A stretch of 64,000 nucleotides of DNA. Origin: Lytechinus pictus (taxonomy: Eukaryota). The translations under genes were made by a program, and so were the position numbers. Of this stretch, positions 1-12,723 are shown in pieces; within the stretch, counting starts at the first letter, position 1, and every line of letters starts with the position of its first letter. Under the pieces are notes generated by a model. That model searched no databases and had not been told where the DNA came from. It was given only the letters and a program-made list of their open reading frames with translations. The DNA lies in assembly GCF_037042905.1 (NCBI RefSeq), contig NC_087250.1, positions 27,158,001 through 27,222,000 of the forward strand, in the 5' to 3' direction.

Positions 1-17
1 TTAACTGTGGAACGCCC

Positions 18-658
18 TTAAAGTGATTGTTTAACATTGATTTGAATTTTTAAAAATCTGAGCTAGAAGGTCAAACTTGTCACCTGTGTCTGTGATATGT
101 TACAAAAATGAAGCCCAGAAAAAATTGCGTTCGAAAATAATTATTAAGTGCTTCAAAAATTGAAATATAAAGTGACCGGAAACACCACCTTAATTTCATC
201 CCATACACTTATGTGTACTATTTAGGCGTCTATTAGACGCCTATTTACAAAATCAGGGTTTGCCTTGTAGTTTTAGCTTTTCATTCTCAATAATGGTTGT
301 TTTCAGGGTTCATTAGTTCTAATACATGCACTTGTACACATGTTTCATCTTGGTTTAAGAATTTTTTAAATCAGCTGCTCACAAAGTAAAATAATTATTA
401 AGTGCTTCAAAAATTGAAATATAAAGTGACCGGAAACACCACCTTAATTTTATCCCATACACTTATGTGTACTATTTAGGCGTCTATTAGACGCCTATTT
501 ACAAAATCAGGGTTTGCCTTGTAGTTTTAGCTTTTCATTCTCAATAATGGTTGTTTTCAGGGTTTATTAGTTCTAATACATGCAATTGTACACATGTTTC
601 ATCTTGGTTTAAGAATTTTTTTATATCAGCTGCTCACAAAGTTAAACAATGCCTTTAA
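18..658. mobile_element. Non-autonomous TTAA-target DNA transposon (Kolobok/piggyBac-type) with internal 254-bp tandem duplication
   Basis: Imperfect terminal inverted repeats ttaaagtgattgtttaac (18-) and gttaaacaatgcctttaa (-658), both with TTAA at the outer end. 134-387 is repeated almost exactly at 388-~642. Confidence 0.7.
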
Positions 659-816
659 CTCATTGAATTCATTTTTGTAACATAATTTTTCGTAGTAAGT
701 AAAAAGCAAACAATCTAGTAATGATGACGATGTCCCCAAATTAATATGAACACGGAATACCTTCTGTAAATTATAATTTGCTGAGTTTACACTCTACATT
801 GATTCATGTAATAAAG

Positions 817-967
817 ATTCTCGAGGAAAGAAAGATACGCTACCTGACAGACCTGAACCCCAAATTCAAGGTGGACACGACGAATATCCCAGATGCTGAG
901 ATGATAGTTACTTTTTTATTGAAACAGAGCACAACAAGTGAACTCCCGGTTAAAATGCAGTTAATTG
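817..967 (+). CDS. Internal coding exon of gene A (C-terminal death-fold protein); upstream exons lie outside the window
   Basis: Open frame ILEERKIRYLTDLNPKFKVDTTNIPDAEMIVTFLLKQSTTSELPVKMQLI bounded by AG (815-816, weak acceptor) and G|GTAGGT donor. The phase-1 end matches the next exon. Confidence 0.6.
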
Positions 968-1585
968 GTAGGTCTTCACTTTGTTTAATCGAATAAACCG
1001 TCTATGGCATCGCATCATTCTATCCCCTTAAGCAGCCATGAATTTGAATATCAATAGTCATTTATACTCGTTGCTATGCTTTCATTCATTTCCAATGTTT
1101 TCTATTCAAGTCTGTGGTATATTGATTGAATATTATTTTGTACATTCTGGCATTCTTGGGAGAGCTGTCCATTCGAAACATTCTGCTCTTGCACGTAAGC
1201 ATTTCAACAACGGAGTAAATTTTGCTGAAATATATATTTGAACAAAATCACAAGTATTCATGACGATATTGCGTGATTATGAAAAAATATGCCATACATT
1301 GAAAGAATAAAGATAACGGGGGTAGCAGGAGTACCGGAACTGATTTTGAAAGTTTTTGTGAGGGGGATGCTGACTATTCAAAAAACAGAAGCTAATGGTA
1401 ATCGTAAAGCCTTTGTACGCGTTTTTTTTTAAGGGGGGGGGGGGTATTTATTGGCGATGCCGAAACATAAAAAAACTCTCACCAAAATATTAGCCGCAGT
1501 GGCTTCACATGAATTCAAAATACTTATCATCATTAAAAATATCATTTTTTTCTTACAAATCAACTTGTTTGTTTCACACAATTAG

Positions 1586-1742
1586 AGACTCCTAGTACAT
1601 CAACAAGATACCGTGATTCTAGAACCGATAGTTCATCATCAACTCCAGACTTAGATATACTCCAAGCAGAACAATGGAACACTGCTCCTGTGTCAGTAGG
1701 TGCTCAACCTAGAGTTGATTTATCAGCCGGCGCGACAAAAAT
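1586..1742 (+). CDS. Ser/Thr/Pro-rich linker exon of gene A
   Basis: caattag|AG acceptor, stop-free frame ETPSTSTRYRDSRTDSSSSTPDLDILQAEQWNTAPVSVGAQPRVDLSAGATK, AT|GTTAGT donor. Phase 1 in and phase 2 out match both neighbours. Confidence 0.65.
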
Positions 1743-1999
1743 GTTAGTTGACAATTGCAATTCATATTCTTTTTCACAAATATTACTAATAACTAACCAC
1801 CATTTTTGTTTTAGCATGAGGAAGAAGTAAGATGTCTGTCAGCGCTTAGGGAGGAGTTTCGTGAAAGCTGAAAGCACTGACCAAATTATCAGCGCTAAAC
1901 TGCTAAAGACAATTTCTATGAAATCTTAGTTTTGATACTCTCAGAAGGTCAATCATCTGACCGTTGTTGTGGTAACTTTCGGCGAAAGACGACTTGTCA

Positions 2000-2340
2000 T
2001 TGCTTCGTCTTCTTCTCGGGTCACTACACAAGTCATGTCCAGCATGTCCAGTGGAGGGCACACGTTTTGGCTTTGAGGATAACGGACTCCAGATCTTCGG
2101 CAGTGCACGACTCTGATAGGAAGGGGCAGACAAAAAGGTGTGGCATCGTCTGATCCTTCGCACAGTCACAGTTAGTGTCTCCATCCATGATGTAGCCCCA
2201 ATTCTGCATAAGGAGTCCGCAATGTCCTGCTCAAGACCGTTGGTGATTAAAGACATAGCCGGGTTATCCATTCCTCGCTTGAACTTGGGGGATTTCTAGC
2301 GAGAGTTTGCGCATCACAGACTGGAGGTGGTAGGACCATA
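2000..2340 (-). mobile_element. 3' fragment of a decayed non-LTR retrotransposon (Ingi/Vingi-like)
   Basis: The minus strand translates to CDCAKDQTMPHLFVCPFLSESCTAEDL…AKTCALHW, resembling the C-terminal CCHC region of Vingi/Ingi ORFs, followed by a GAAGAAGA-type tail. Stops and frameshifts are present. Confidence 0.55.
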
Positions 2341-2369
2341 GGGAGACCCTAAGTTTGGTTGTGTATATT

Positions 2370-2540
2370 TTAAACGAAATAAAGAAAGGCTACGTGTGGG
2401 GGAATTTGTATGGACCTGTCGAAAATATTTGACACCATTGATCACCACTTCCTTAAAAAAAAAGATTGAACAGATATGGAATTAGATGTTATCCTTTACA
2501 GTGGTTTCAACGTTTGGGCTACTTATTAAACAGAAAACAG
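2370..2540 (+). mobile_element. Degenerate LINE reverse transcriptase fragment
   Basis: Frameshifted GICMDLSKIFDTIDH…YGIR…LQWF…YLLNRKQ, homologous to the RT motif of ORF 7248-10250. Confidence 0.6.
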
Positions 2541-4030
2541 TTGTTGTTTTGGATCATCTGCGTCAGCTTAAGGTCCTTCGTCATCTCAAAGTTTTTTTTT
2601 GTCGTGAGTATCCTATAATATTAACCCTGTCATAAGCTGCAGAGAGGTCAACAATGGGTGTTGCAGTTATCAGCTGTTTCTCAAAGCCATCCTCAATGTA
2701 CATTGCCAGATTCAGCAGTTGACTGGTACAATATTTTGCTGCCTGAATCCTGCCTGTTCTGGAATGAAGAGCAATGATGTAGGATGAGTAGGATTATTGT
2801 CAGTGCTGACTAGTCTCATGAAACGGTTCCCTGATATTTAGATGACATACGTTATGATGATCTTATTTGCTCTAACATGATTTGTCTGGTCCTATTCTTG
2901 TTCCGTTTATGAATACAATCGATGCTCAAAGTGTGCCATTTTAGATCATTCAATTAAAAGAACAATAAATATACATTTTTTTTCATGCGATATGTAGTGT
3001 CCTCTGTCTAAGATATGAAGTGGAGAACCTTGTTGATTTACAGCTAAAATGTATCGGGATTTTTTAAACCTAGGTTTCAAAATTGGATAGAGAGCAAACC
3101 GACATATGGACCGTCCTGATTGACATAGATTTTGTAGATATTTAAAAACATATGTATTTTGTATTGTATTGAGGGAGAGTGGAAATACTCTAATTTATTC
3201 AATAATATATACATGTAAAAACATACAAATATCATACATTATTTTGAACATAAATATAGAAATATAATCATGAAACATTAACATGAGATTTGAAAAAAAA
3301 AATATGAAAGAAAAACGTATCCCAAAAAGCCTCAAAGGCTTGAAGAACAGGAAACCAAGAATAAAACATAAGAATGATTATAGAAAATGATTTACAAATA
3401 GAACAGAGTACCTGAATGCGTCGCCACAACAGTAACATTAGAGTTTGATTGCGATGATCGTAATTCAATACGTATTCAATCTGTAATTTCATTACACAAT
3501 GTAATGTATTTCGAGTTGCTTTTTTCTCCACAAATCGAATGGAAAAGCACCACGTTTAATTGGATAATCCTTGAGTCACTGGCATACATGTGGGGGGGGG
3601 GGGTTCTTTCCCCCTTCAAATCACGCCCCTCCAAAAAAAAATAGAGAAAAGGAAAGAGAAAAAGGTGAAATGTGATATTATACTATGAATAATGTTTCAA
3701 AACTATCACTAAATTTGATTTTTTTTGGCATAAAAATGTCAAAATTTGTGTTCCCTCGCTCGCAACTTTTTATCAACTTTAAGCTATACACCATCATTTT
3801 CAGCCACCTCAAATTTGTGGGCTCATTACGCCACCGCCTGGTGTAAAACTCGTGTAATGCATTTTCTCACCAAATCCGACGAAATATTCTGACCACAAAG
3901 AATTAAATCTTACTATGACACTTTAACGGTCTGTGGTTAATCTATTTATATATTCATCTTTACTTATTAAGTTCATCAGAAAATTGTGTTTCTTACTTTC
4001 GCCAAAAATACATTAACTTTTCTTTACCAG

Positions 4031-4323
4031 TCCATCTCAGGTAGATATGCCAAGACATAAACTGACTGATGCCATTTTGCTTGAACTTGCCAACCAAATT
4101 AATTCCACGGCTTATCCAGTCAGAGAGTTTGCTGTAGATCTAGGCTTTGATGAAGCCACCGCAGCTTCTGCTGAGCAGATGGCGACACTGACTATGGATC
4201 CGCAAAGGGGATACACGATTATTCTTAATAAGTTTGTCTTGGTGAATGGACGAGGTGCTCAGAAACTCATAAATATATTTACAGAGAAGAAAAAGAAGCT
4301 CCTTGTAGACGTTATAACGGAAG
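4031..4323 (+). CDS. Death-fold (DEATH-like) domain exon of gene A
   Basis: tctttaccag| acceptor (phase 2) and G|GTAAGC donor. The peptide LTDAILLELANQI..REFAVDLGFDEATAASAEQ..YTIILNKF..AQKLINIF..KKKLLVDVI follows the six-helix death-domain hydrophobic pattern but is divergent. Confidence 0.7.
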
Positions 4324-4538
4324 GTAAGCTGTATGATTTGTAGATGGGGTGAAAGAATACCCCAAATATTTTACATTTTAAATAAAAAGCTATCAAAAGT
4401 TAGACAATTAGGACAAATCTTGGATTTCCCGATACTGTTCATATTTTAGTCCTAATCTTAAGTTTTTAAAGGTTGTTGCTCCTTCTTGGTGAATCCCAAA
4501 TCCAGTATTTTATTTCTTGCATAAAGCATTTTTTTCAG

Positions 4539-4549
4539 GACATGGATGA
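4539..4549 (+). CDS. Terminal coding exon of gene A (…EGHG*)
   Basis: ttttttcag|GA CAT GGA TGA. The phase-1 acceptor completes a codon and reaches a stop. Confidence 0.55.
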
Positions 4550-6237
4550 ATATGGCACTCTGTGATCATGGTGATGTAATCAATAATGTACTTTATCTTG
4601 ACAAGGTAATGTATTTAGTGCGTCCCAGAGAAAGAAGAAGGAACAAACAACAAATCACGAGAAACATACCAGAATTAGAAATGGACATAAAAAAATGAAT
4701 ACACCATCACAGTATTGTTCTCTTTTGTTCTTTCCCTTTCGCATTTTTGAGACAATTAGACCAGTACTCACTGGCAGAGAATAGGACTAAATAAAGCATC
4801 AAAGATAAGTCCTTTACGGTTTCCTCTCAATAAGAAGTCATTTAGATCAACCAGTGCTGTTCCATGTCAAATTTGAAAAACTTAGTTTATCGGCGCTAAA
4901 CGTGGTTTTTCAATTTTTCAATTCTAAAAACTCAGTTTATCGGATTTAAAAAACTAAGTAAATATTGTTAGTTTCTTATAATTGATAATGAAGGTACGAT
5001 TGATAATGTAATTTTACAAAATGGCGTCTAGATGACGTCACGATGACATTTCGACCTCGAACTTGTTTCAAACAGATGGCATGATAAGTCCCCATATACC
5101 TGATGATATTATAAAGAAAAGTTACTATGTAGATTTGGAGATTTTATGGTCACAAGAAAAGGGCGGAAAAAATAAAGAAAGAAATAAAAAAGAAAGTTTG
5201 TACGAAATTAATAGTTGATCTGTCGATTGACAGTTCACTTAATTAACAGTCCCCTTTTTATTGAAAAACTTCAAACCGAATACTATAAAAGATCATGTTG
5301 TTATCGTGACTCTAAAATATGGAATACTTTATCCCCTTCACTCTGTTTAGCAAATTCACTAAAATTCTAAAAAAAAAAACAGTGTAAATCGATATCCCTC
5401 ACACAAATGTGTTTTTAAGAATTCAATGAATACTTTCAATTGTTATAAGTTTATTAGTGATTTTAATTTATTGTTACTTTATGTATTACATTTTTTTTCT
5501 CATTGGTTATGATGTTCATTTTGTTGCCTTTTTTAATGTAAAATTGTTTTGTTATGTTTTAATACAGGGCCTCTTGGTCAAGCAGTTCTTGTAAAAGAAA
5601 GAACTTCCCTGTTAAAATAAAGCGAGAAATAAAACAAAAAATAAAAAATATATTAACCCCTCAAAGAGAGTTTGTAAATCTGTGTTTGGCTATAAATTTC
5701 TTCAACTCCCAATGTTACACAATGCATATTTTACATCATTCAAAAGATCGTTTATTTCTCTTTGACGTGATACCATGCTTGTTAACATAATGCCATCACA
5801 CAAAGAGCAGTATTCAAAAGTGCTGGATGAGGTCTGAACTGGAAAGCTGCAAACGAGCAGAAATGGTCATGAAGGGTCAATACAGAACAGGATTTTTTTT
5901 TGTCTGTGTCAATACAGTTGAAATTCCATTCAAATCAAGCCCCTACTTCTGTAGTAATGGTTATGTGAGATAACATGTTTTGAGTCGTGGTTTGAAATAC
6001 CCATGCATGTTTGTTTGTTTGTTATGTGTTTGCTTGTGCAGAGGTATGTTTGATTCCATGTTAATGTTGATGTTAAAGTGCATGAGAATAATTACAAGAA
6101 ACCGCTGAGAAACTCACTCATCACCACTAATAAAAGAACAGTGGCATTCAATATTGTGTCATTCTGCAACTTTTGAATTTTGACATTTGTCACATTTCAA
6201 TGCATTGCTCCTCGATGACTACGTAATCTCTAATGAC

Positions 6238-7071
6238 ATGTCGAAGATATCCACCAGATCGAGGGGCCGTTTGCACTCAGCTGATCCATGTACCCCACCC
6301 TCTGCTCCATCGTTGACTGGATCTAAACAAAGTCCAGCGTACCTAGATCGTATTGATGCAGTCGTTCAAAGAGCGGTGGCCGTGGCAATGGAACGCGAGA
6401 GACAAAAACTCAATGATGACATGGATAAGCGCGAAAATCAATTGCGTGAAATACTTGATGAGAAGCTCGCTAGTCTACACGTTCTTGAAATATCTATCGA
6501 TAGTAAATTGAAGCAACTTCGTGATTTTGAAAAATCGGTTTCTGATAACACGACTAACACTAATGCTTTGTCAAATAGGCTTGACCACATCGAGCAGTAC
6601 TCCCGTCGAAATAATATCCGTATCCTGGGAGTTAAGTCTACTCCTGATGAAGATACCGATGAGATCGTTCGTAACGTAGCTAAGCAGATTGGTATCGATC
6701 TTACACCATGTGACATTGATCGATCCCATCGTCTTCGCCGTCCAACTAGCCATGATGTTCAACCCCAAGGATCATACGCCGGCGTGGCCCGTAACGCCAA
6801 GTTAGCACCTCCACCGATCATTGTAAAATTCACTTCATACAGGCCGAAACGAATGATGATGATAAATAGAAGAAAATTAAAAGGCTCAGGAACAGTGATT
6901 GTTGAGGATCTGACGAAGAAAAATTCAAATCTCCTCTTCCAGACGTCAAAACACATAAGTGTGAAGGCTTCCTGGACTGTTGACGGACGTGTTTTTGCCT
7001 TGGTCAAATCTACAAGCGGACATGAAATGAAAAAACTCATCTCTGGTCTTCCTGACCTAAACTCTATCTGA
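6238..7071 (+). CDS. LINE ORF1 (coiled coil + RRM + CTD, L1/Transposase_22-like RNA-binding protein)
   Basis: Motifs IEQYSRRNNIRILGV, DIDRSHRL, PPPIIVKF, RRKLKGSGTVIVEDLT, WTVDGRVF. The first ATG inside the element is at 6238. Confidence 0.88.
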   Translation: MSKISTRSRGRLHSADPCTPPSAPSLTGSKQSPAYLDRIDAVVQRAVAVAMERERQKLNDDMDKRENQLREILDEKLASLHVLEISIDSKLKQLRDFEKSVSDNTTNTNALSNRLDHIEQYSRRNNIRILGVKSTPDEDTDEIVRNVAKQIGIDLTPCDIDRSHRLRRPTSHDVQPQGSYAGVARNAKLAPPPIIVKFTSYRPKRMMMINRRKLKGSGTVIVEDLTKKNSNLLFQTSKHISVKASWTVDGRVFALVKSTSGHEMKKLISGLPDLNSI

Positions 7072-7247
7072 CATTCGTTTTGATATACCATGCATTGGTG
7101 TAATGAACATGATATTCCATTGCTTTTTAGCAGTTTCTTGAATGTTTTCCTTTTCCGGTGGAAATTTAATTCTTTTTGCTAACATAGACTGATTAAGTAT
7201 CTAGTTTAAGTATAATATTTTTTTGTACTTGTAAATAAACTTTGATT

Positions 7248-10200
7248 ATGCCTGATCGTGAATTGTATCTCCAATTTCTCAATAATTTACATTCTACTTC
7301 AATATCTGATCAATTATCTCCTTTAATTAATGATGAATTTACAAATGGTCCCCTCCAAAACTTTTTCACACCCGATGAATTCAAAACATTTACTGCTAGA
7401 CAAAATCTTGATAACTCATTTTCATGTATTCATGTAAATTGCAGAAGCATTAAGAAAAATATTCTGCACCTTGAAACCTTTTTAAGTATGATCGATTACA
7501 AACTTTGTGCAATAGCAACAACAGAAACTTGGATGAAAATTAATGACCCAGTGTATAATATCAATGGCTACGAATTTATTGGTAACTGTCGTAATACCCG
7601 TTCTGGAGGCGGGGTAGGCATTTATATACGAGATAATTTAAGTTATTCTCATAGATTCGATCTTGATATAAATACTGCCGAACTGGAATCTGTATTCATT
7701 GAAATAAAAACAAAAAAAAAAAATATAATTTTTGGCAGTGTTTATAGACCGCCGAATACATCTTTCCAGAATTTCATTTTCTCTTTTAATACTGTTATTG
7801 ATACAATCAATAAAGAAAATAAATTTGTCTACCTCGCTGGAGACTTTAATATAAACTTACTCAATGCCAATTCTTGCCCTCAAGTTAGTGATTTTCTTGA
7901 TGTACTTATGGTTAATTCCTTCTTTCCAGTTATACACTATCCTACTCGTATTACTATGAATTCAGCTACATTAATTGATAATATATTCACTAATAACAAT
8001 AACATAGAAACTATTAATAGTGGTATTATATTTGCTGATATCAGCGACCACCTTCCATTTTTTTGCATTAATGATACTATAATCGATAATGATGAATACA
8101 TTCCAATCATAAAACGTGATATGTGTGAAAATAATATTAAAACATTTACAGACAAACTTAAAGACGAATACTGGCAATTTGATAATAGAGATCCTAATGC
8201 CACTTATAATTATTTTCTAAACAAATTCAAGTCTATATATGATGCTTGTTTTCCAAGGGTTCAGAAACCCATAAGGCCAAGAAAAGATAAACTGTGGTTT
8301 AATGACGATCTACGTAAAATATGCAAAAAGAAATATCGCTTATATAAAAGATACCTAAAATCTCCAACTACTAAAAATCATAATTCTTATAAAATATATA
8401 GAAATGAATGTAATAATAAAATCAAAAGAATTCGAAATGAGTATTATCACAACAAATTTTTACAAGTACAATTTGACATGAAAAAAACATGGAAATTAAT
8501 TAACAAATCCATGGGAAATTTTTCAAAAAACACCTTCATTGATGAACTGATTGTAGGTGATCGATCATTTAAAGAAAAAAATGAAATCGCTAATGAATTC
8601 AATAAATATTTTATCAATATTGGACCTTCTTTAACGCAAAATATAACTTCTGATTTCACATGTAATTTTGTGCAATATTTAGATAGAAATGACCAATCTG
8701 CCTTTTTTATGCCCATTACTCCAAAAGAAATAATCAATATTGTTTGTAATCTTAAAAATCGATCAAGTACTGGCTTTGATGATATTGATATTTCTATTGT
8801 TAAAAGAGTTATTCATATTATTTGTTTTCCGTTAAGCGATATTTTCAATTGTTCGATGTTGACAGGAATTTTTCCTGATAACTTAAAAATTGCCAAAGTT
8901 ATACCCTTATTTAAAGGCGGTTCTCATGCAAATTCTAATAATTATCGACCAATTTCTGTGTTACCTGTATTTTCCAAAATATTTGAAAAGTGTATTTATA
9001 ATCGATTGTTTAAATTCCTAGTTCAATACAATATTTTATCTAATAGTCAATACGGTTTTCGTCCTGGGTACTCCACATCTTCTGCTTTAGTTGATTTTGT
9101 TTGTAAAGTTTGTAAGTCACTAGATAACAAGAAAATACTTATTGGATTATTTCTCGATTTAAGCAAAGCTTTTGATACTTTAGATCATTCAATTCTTTTA
9201 TATAAATTAAATAATTATGGTATACGAGGTGTTCTTTTAGATCTTTTTAAAAGCTATTTGTCAAATCGTATGCAATATGTCTTAGTTAACAATCACAAGT
9301 CTGATTTACAGATCATTGGATGTGGAGTACCCCAGGGATCCATACTTGGCCCGCTTTTGTTTTTAATTTATATGAATGACATTTGTAATTCATCTCGCAT
9401 TCTTCAATATATACTATTTGCAGATGACACCAGTGTGTTCTTGAGTGATTACAATATCGCAAATCTGATTCTCAATTTTAATAACGAAATCAACAAAATA
9501 AATTCATGGCTGATGTCCAATAGATTGGTTTTAAACACTAATAAAACTCATTACATGATTTTTTCTAACAAGATAATTGATTATAATAATATAGTTGTTT
9601 CTATGAATGATAACATTATTAATAGATGTACTTCTTTAAAATTTCTGGGTGTGACTATTGATAGTAGGTTATCATTTAATGAACACATTGATGTCATCTG
9701 CATGAAAATTTCGAAAAGTATAGGTATCCTAAACAAGTTAAAGTTTTTTCCAAAAAAGATTCTCATAATGATTTATAATTCCATTATTTCACCGTATTTT
9801 CGATATTGTAACATTGCCTGGAGTTCTTGTACTTCATACTCAATGCAACGTTTATACCGGCTACAAAAAAGAGCAGTGAGAATCATCACACATGCCAATT
9901 TTCTTGCCCATACCAAGCCGCTGTTCAGTCAGTTAAATTTGTTGAATGTTTATGATTTCTCTGATTATGAAATTGCAATTTTTATGTATTTATGTTACAA
10001 AAGCTATATTCCAATCAATATCTCTGAAATATTTTGTTACAATGCCGATTTTCATTCTTATCATACGCGAGGATCTGCAGACTTCCACATACCCAAAATA
10101 CGCACCTCTTTAGCAAAGAATTGTATTTTTTACAAAGGACCCGTTATCTGGAACAAGTTACCATTTTCTGTTAAATCTAGTCCATCATTAAATGTTTTTA

Positions 10201-10249
10201 AAAGGAGATATAAAACTCAACTTCTCAGTAAATATTCAAATAATGTATG

Positions 10250-10250
<1 letters not shown>
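7248..10250 (+). CDS. LINE ORF2: AP-like endonuclease + reverse transcriptase
   Basis: APE motifs HVNCRS, TETW, GGGVGIYI, YRPP, GDFNIN, IDNIFTN, SDHLP. RT motifs NYRPISVLP, QYGFR, DLSKAFDT, GVPQGSILGP, LFADDT. No stops over ~1000 codons. Confidence 0.95.
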
Positions 10251-10300
<50 letters not shown>

Positions 10301-11730
10301 CCCTTTTTATGTTTAATGTTTATGTCTGGTATTCAGTATTTATTACATCATGTATTTTACAATATCATATATATATATATACTCAGTTTCCAGATTTTGT
10401 AAAGGTGGCAGCGCTAATAAGGCTTTCCCTTTCTAGTTGCCTCCTCATTCATTTATAAATCATGTACTTTATTCAACTGTTTCCCAGATTTTATCATTGT
10501 AATATCTGCAATTTTCTCATGTAATTTATGTAAACTTTGTATGTGCCTTGTACTTGTTTTTATGATGAATGGAATAAATGCTATCAATTCTATCAATTCT
10601 ATCAATTCTATGTGAACGATAATCACATTATATAGGGTATCATTGTAAAGAAGATTAAATGGTCTGTTCATTGATATTAATTACACATTGATATTTACTA
10701 AAACCGATGTGGAATTATCGATCAAAATCATAAGAAACCGCTGAGAAACTCACTCATCACCACGGAAAAAAGAACAGTGACTTTCAATATTGTGTCATTT
10801 TGCAACTTTCGGACTTGGACCTTGCCCCACATTTTAAGGCACTGCACCTCCATGTGAACCATAATCATATCATGGAGGGTATCATTTTAAAGAGAATTAA
10901 ATGCTCTTTTTATTGATATTAATTACACATTGATATCCTTTAAAACCGAGGAGGGATTATCGATCAAGTTCAGATTTCCAAAAAAAAAAGAAGTTTACAT
11001 CTATATTGCAAAATGCATTATTCCCACGTTTAAATTATTTAATAAACAATGAATAAGCTCAAGGTAGTTAATTTTTAATCAAAATGATAATTCTGATAAT
11101 TTGCACCATCATTATTATTTTGGTCTTTACATCTATTGTTTCCTGATTAAGAGTTGCATATTTGTATTGCCATGATGTCATTTGATATCACGTCTGAACT
11201 ATGACATTATTACTTACCTCGTAATGTTTAAACGCCATCTGCGGTAGATATGAAATAATTTTGTTTCATATCTTTCATCGTTACAGTTAGGAGATATTCC
11301 CGGTTATTTGAACACGTATAATTATACAAGTCACGAGGTTAATGTTATGATTTATAAATGATTCATCACAATACATGCGATTAGCCTGGTAATAAGAATA
11401 ACATTCAGTAAAATATATTCTTAAGAAATTATTAATAGAAAGCAAGTTTTATTTATTTGTCCTATGTGTCTTTCTTGAAATTAACAAGGCCCCGTCAATG
11501 TGACAAGAGATTAGCAAAAAATGTACAAGGGAACTGCATTTAATAAATCATTATTTAGTATTTTTTTTCTGAATGAAAAGTTAAATCATTGCGTAACAGT
11601 ATGTGGGAAGGAGTGGTGGGATGTGGTGCACGGGTGACAGGTTGGATGGATGAATCACTCTCTATGACAGAAAATAGAAGGTGATTAGAGACATCAGCAT
11701 ACCAAAGGAAGGGTCTGTTCATCTGATACA

Positions 11731-11785
11731 CACTAGCGTACCTACGGGGGGGGGCAGGGGGGGTTTCTGACGAGTTTCTTAAGGA

Positions 11786-11825
<40 letters not shown>

Positions 11826-11972
11826 TGTCAAATTTTTTCTGGTACGAAAACCCTCATTTTTTAATTGAAGACCTTTTTTTTTTTTTTTTTTTTTTTTTTT
11901 TGTGCTTGCTTGTCAAATTTTTTGGCGACCGATTTTGCCCCCCCCCTGTGGAAAATCCTAGGTACGCCACTG
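11731..11972. mobile_element. MITE with 8-bp TSD (hAT-like)
   Basis: TIR cactagcgtaccta / taggtacgccactg, flanked by CTGATACA at 11723-11730 and 11973-11980. Confidence 0.85.
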
Positions 11973-12317
11973 CTGATACAGTATTCTAAAATTGGGTTTT
12001 CATGTGTATGTTGATGTTGACAGGGATGGGATGATCATTGCTGCTCAGGAACACCAGCCTAATATCTACGTCATCAATCCTGCCAATGATAAGATAGTAA
12101 ACACTATTACGATGAAGGTTAAGAAGGTGTTGGGTGAGATACAAGCCCTGTCATCAGGTGATATCGTTGTGAAGACAGGTAATGATAAATACACTGTCAT
12201 CTCACGATCAGGAAAAGTGAAGGCTGTCATACACTGTGATGAGTGGAACGTACCACAGTGTCGCGTTGACAAACTGACAGACACACTCTACATCGCGTAC
12301 TGGGATAGAGGGCGTAA

Positions 12318-12723
12318 AGGCGACCGCACACCTTACGATTGGTTTGCGGCGACCCGATTTAAGAATAGAATGTAGTAGAATTTAATGCTAATATTTAGAC
12401 TTGGAATATCTTACTGTGTAATGTTCTAAATCGCCATACGAATACATATGTTCAAATTTGCAACTATGCTATCATCCTTAGAACAAAAGATAATTTAATA
12501 TCTAGTCGTAATGACATCATAGCCGTCGTACGATTGGCTACGATTTGAAACTGATTTGGCCTTTACTCCAAAATAAAAACTTGCAATCTTTCAAAATGGT
12601 TATATTAGTATTCTTTCAATAAATTTCAACCTAAACAAATGATATGTTCTATTCACATTTTCAATAAATGAGCAAAATGTGATTTGTTCGAAAATCGGAT
12701 CGCGAACAGTTGTGCGGTCGCCT
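12318..12723. mobile_element. MITE (PIF/Harbinger-like termini) inside the pseudogene
   Basis: TIR aggcgaccgcaca / tgtgcggtcgcct in a TAA/TAAA context. Confidence 0.6.

Larger units (their letters stand above)
6218..10609 (+). mobile_element. CR1/L2-group (Crack/Daphne-like) LINE with intact ORF1 and ORF2
   Basis: Two long ORFs, a 3' UTR with poly-T, AATAAA (10573) and a (CTATCAATT)3 tail. Boundaries are defined by the interrupted host repeat. Confidence 0.92.
6096..10972 (+). repeat. Two-unit ~241-bp tandem repeat whose first unit is split by the LINE
   Basis: aagaaaccgctgagaaactcactcatcacc at 6096 and 10732. 6096-6217 plus 10610-10731 aligns with the uninterrupted unit 10732-~10972. Confidence 0.8.

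Noticed and set aside
6187..6237. N-terminal extension of LINE ORF1 from the TTG start in the ORF track
   Set aside because: 6187-6217 belongs to the host tandem repeat, not the element. ATG 6238 is preferred.
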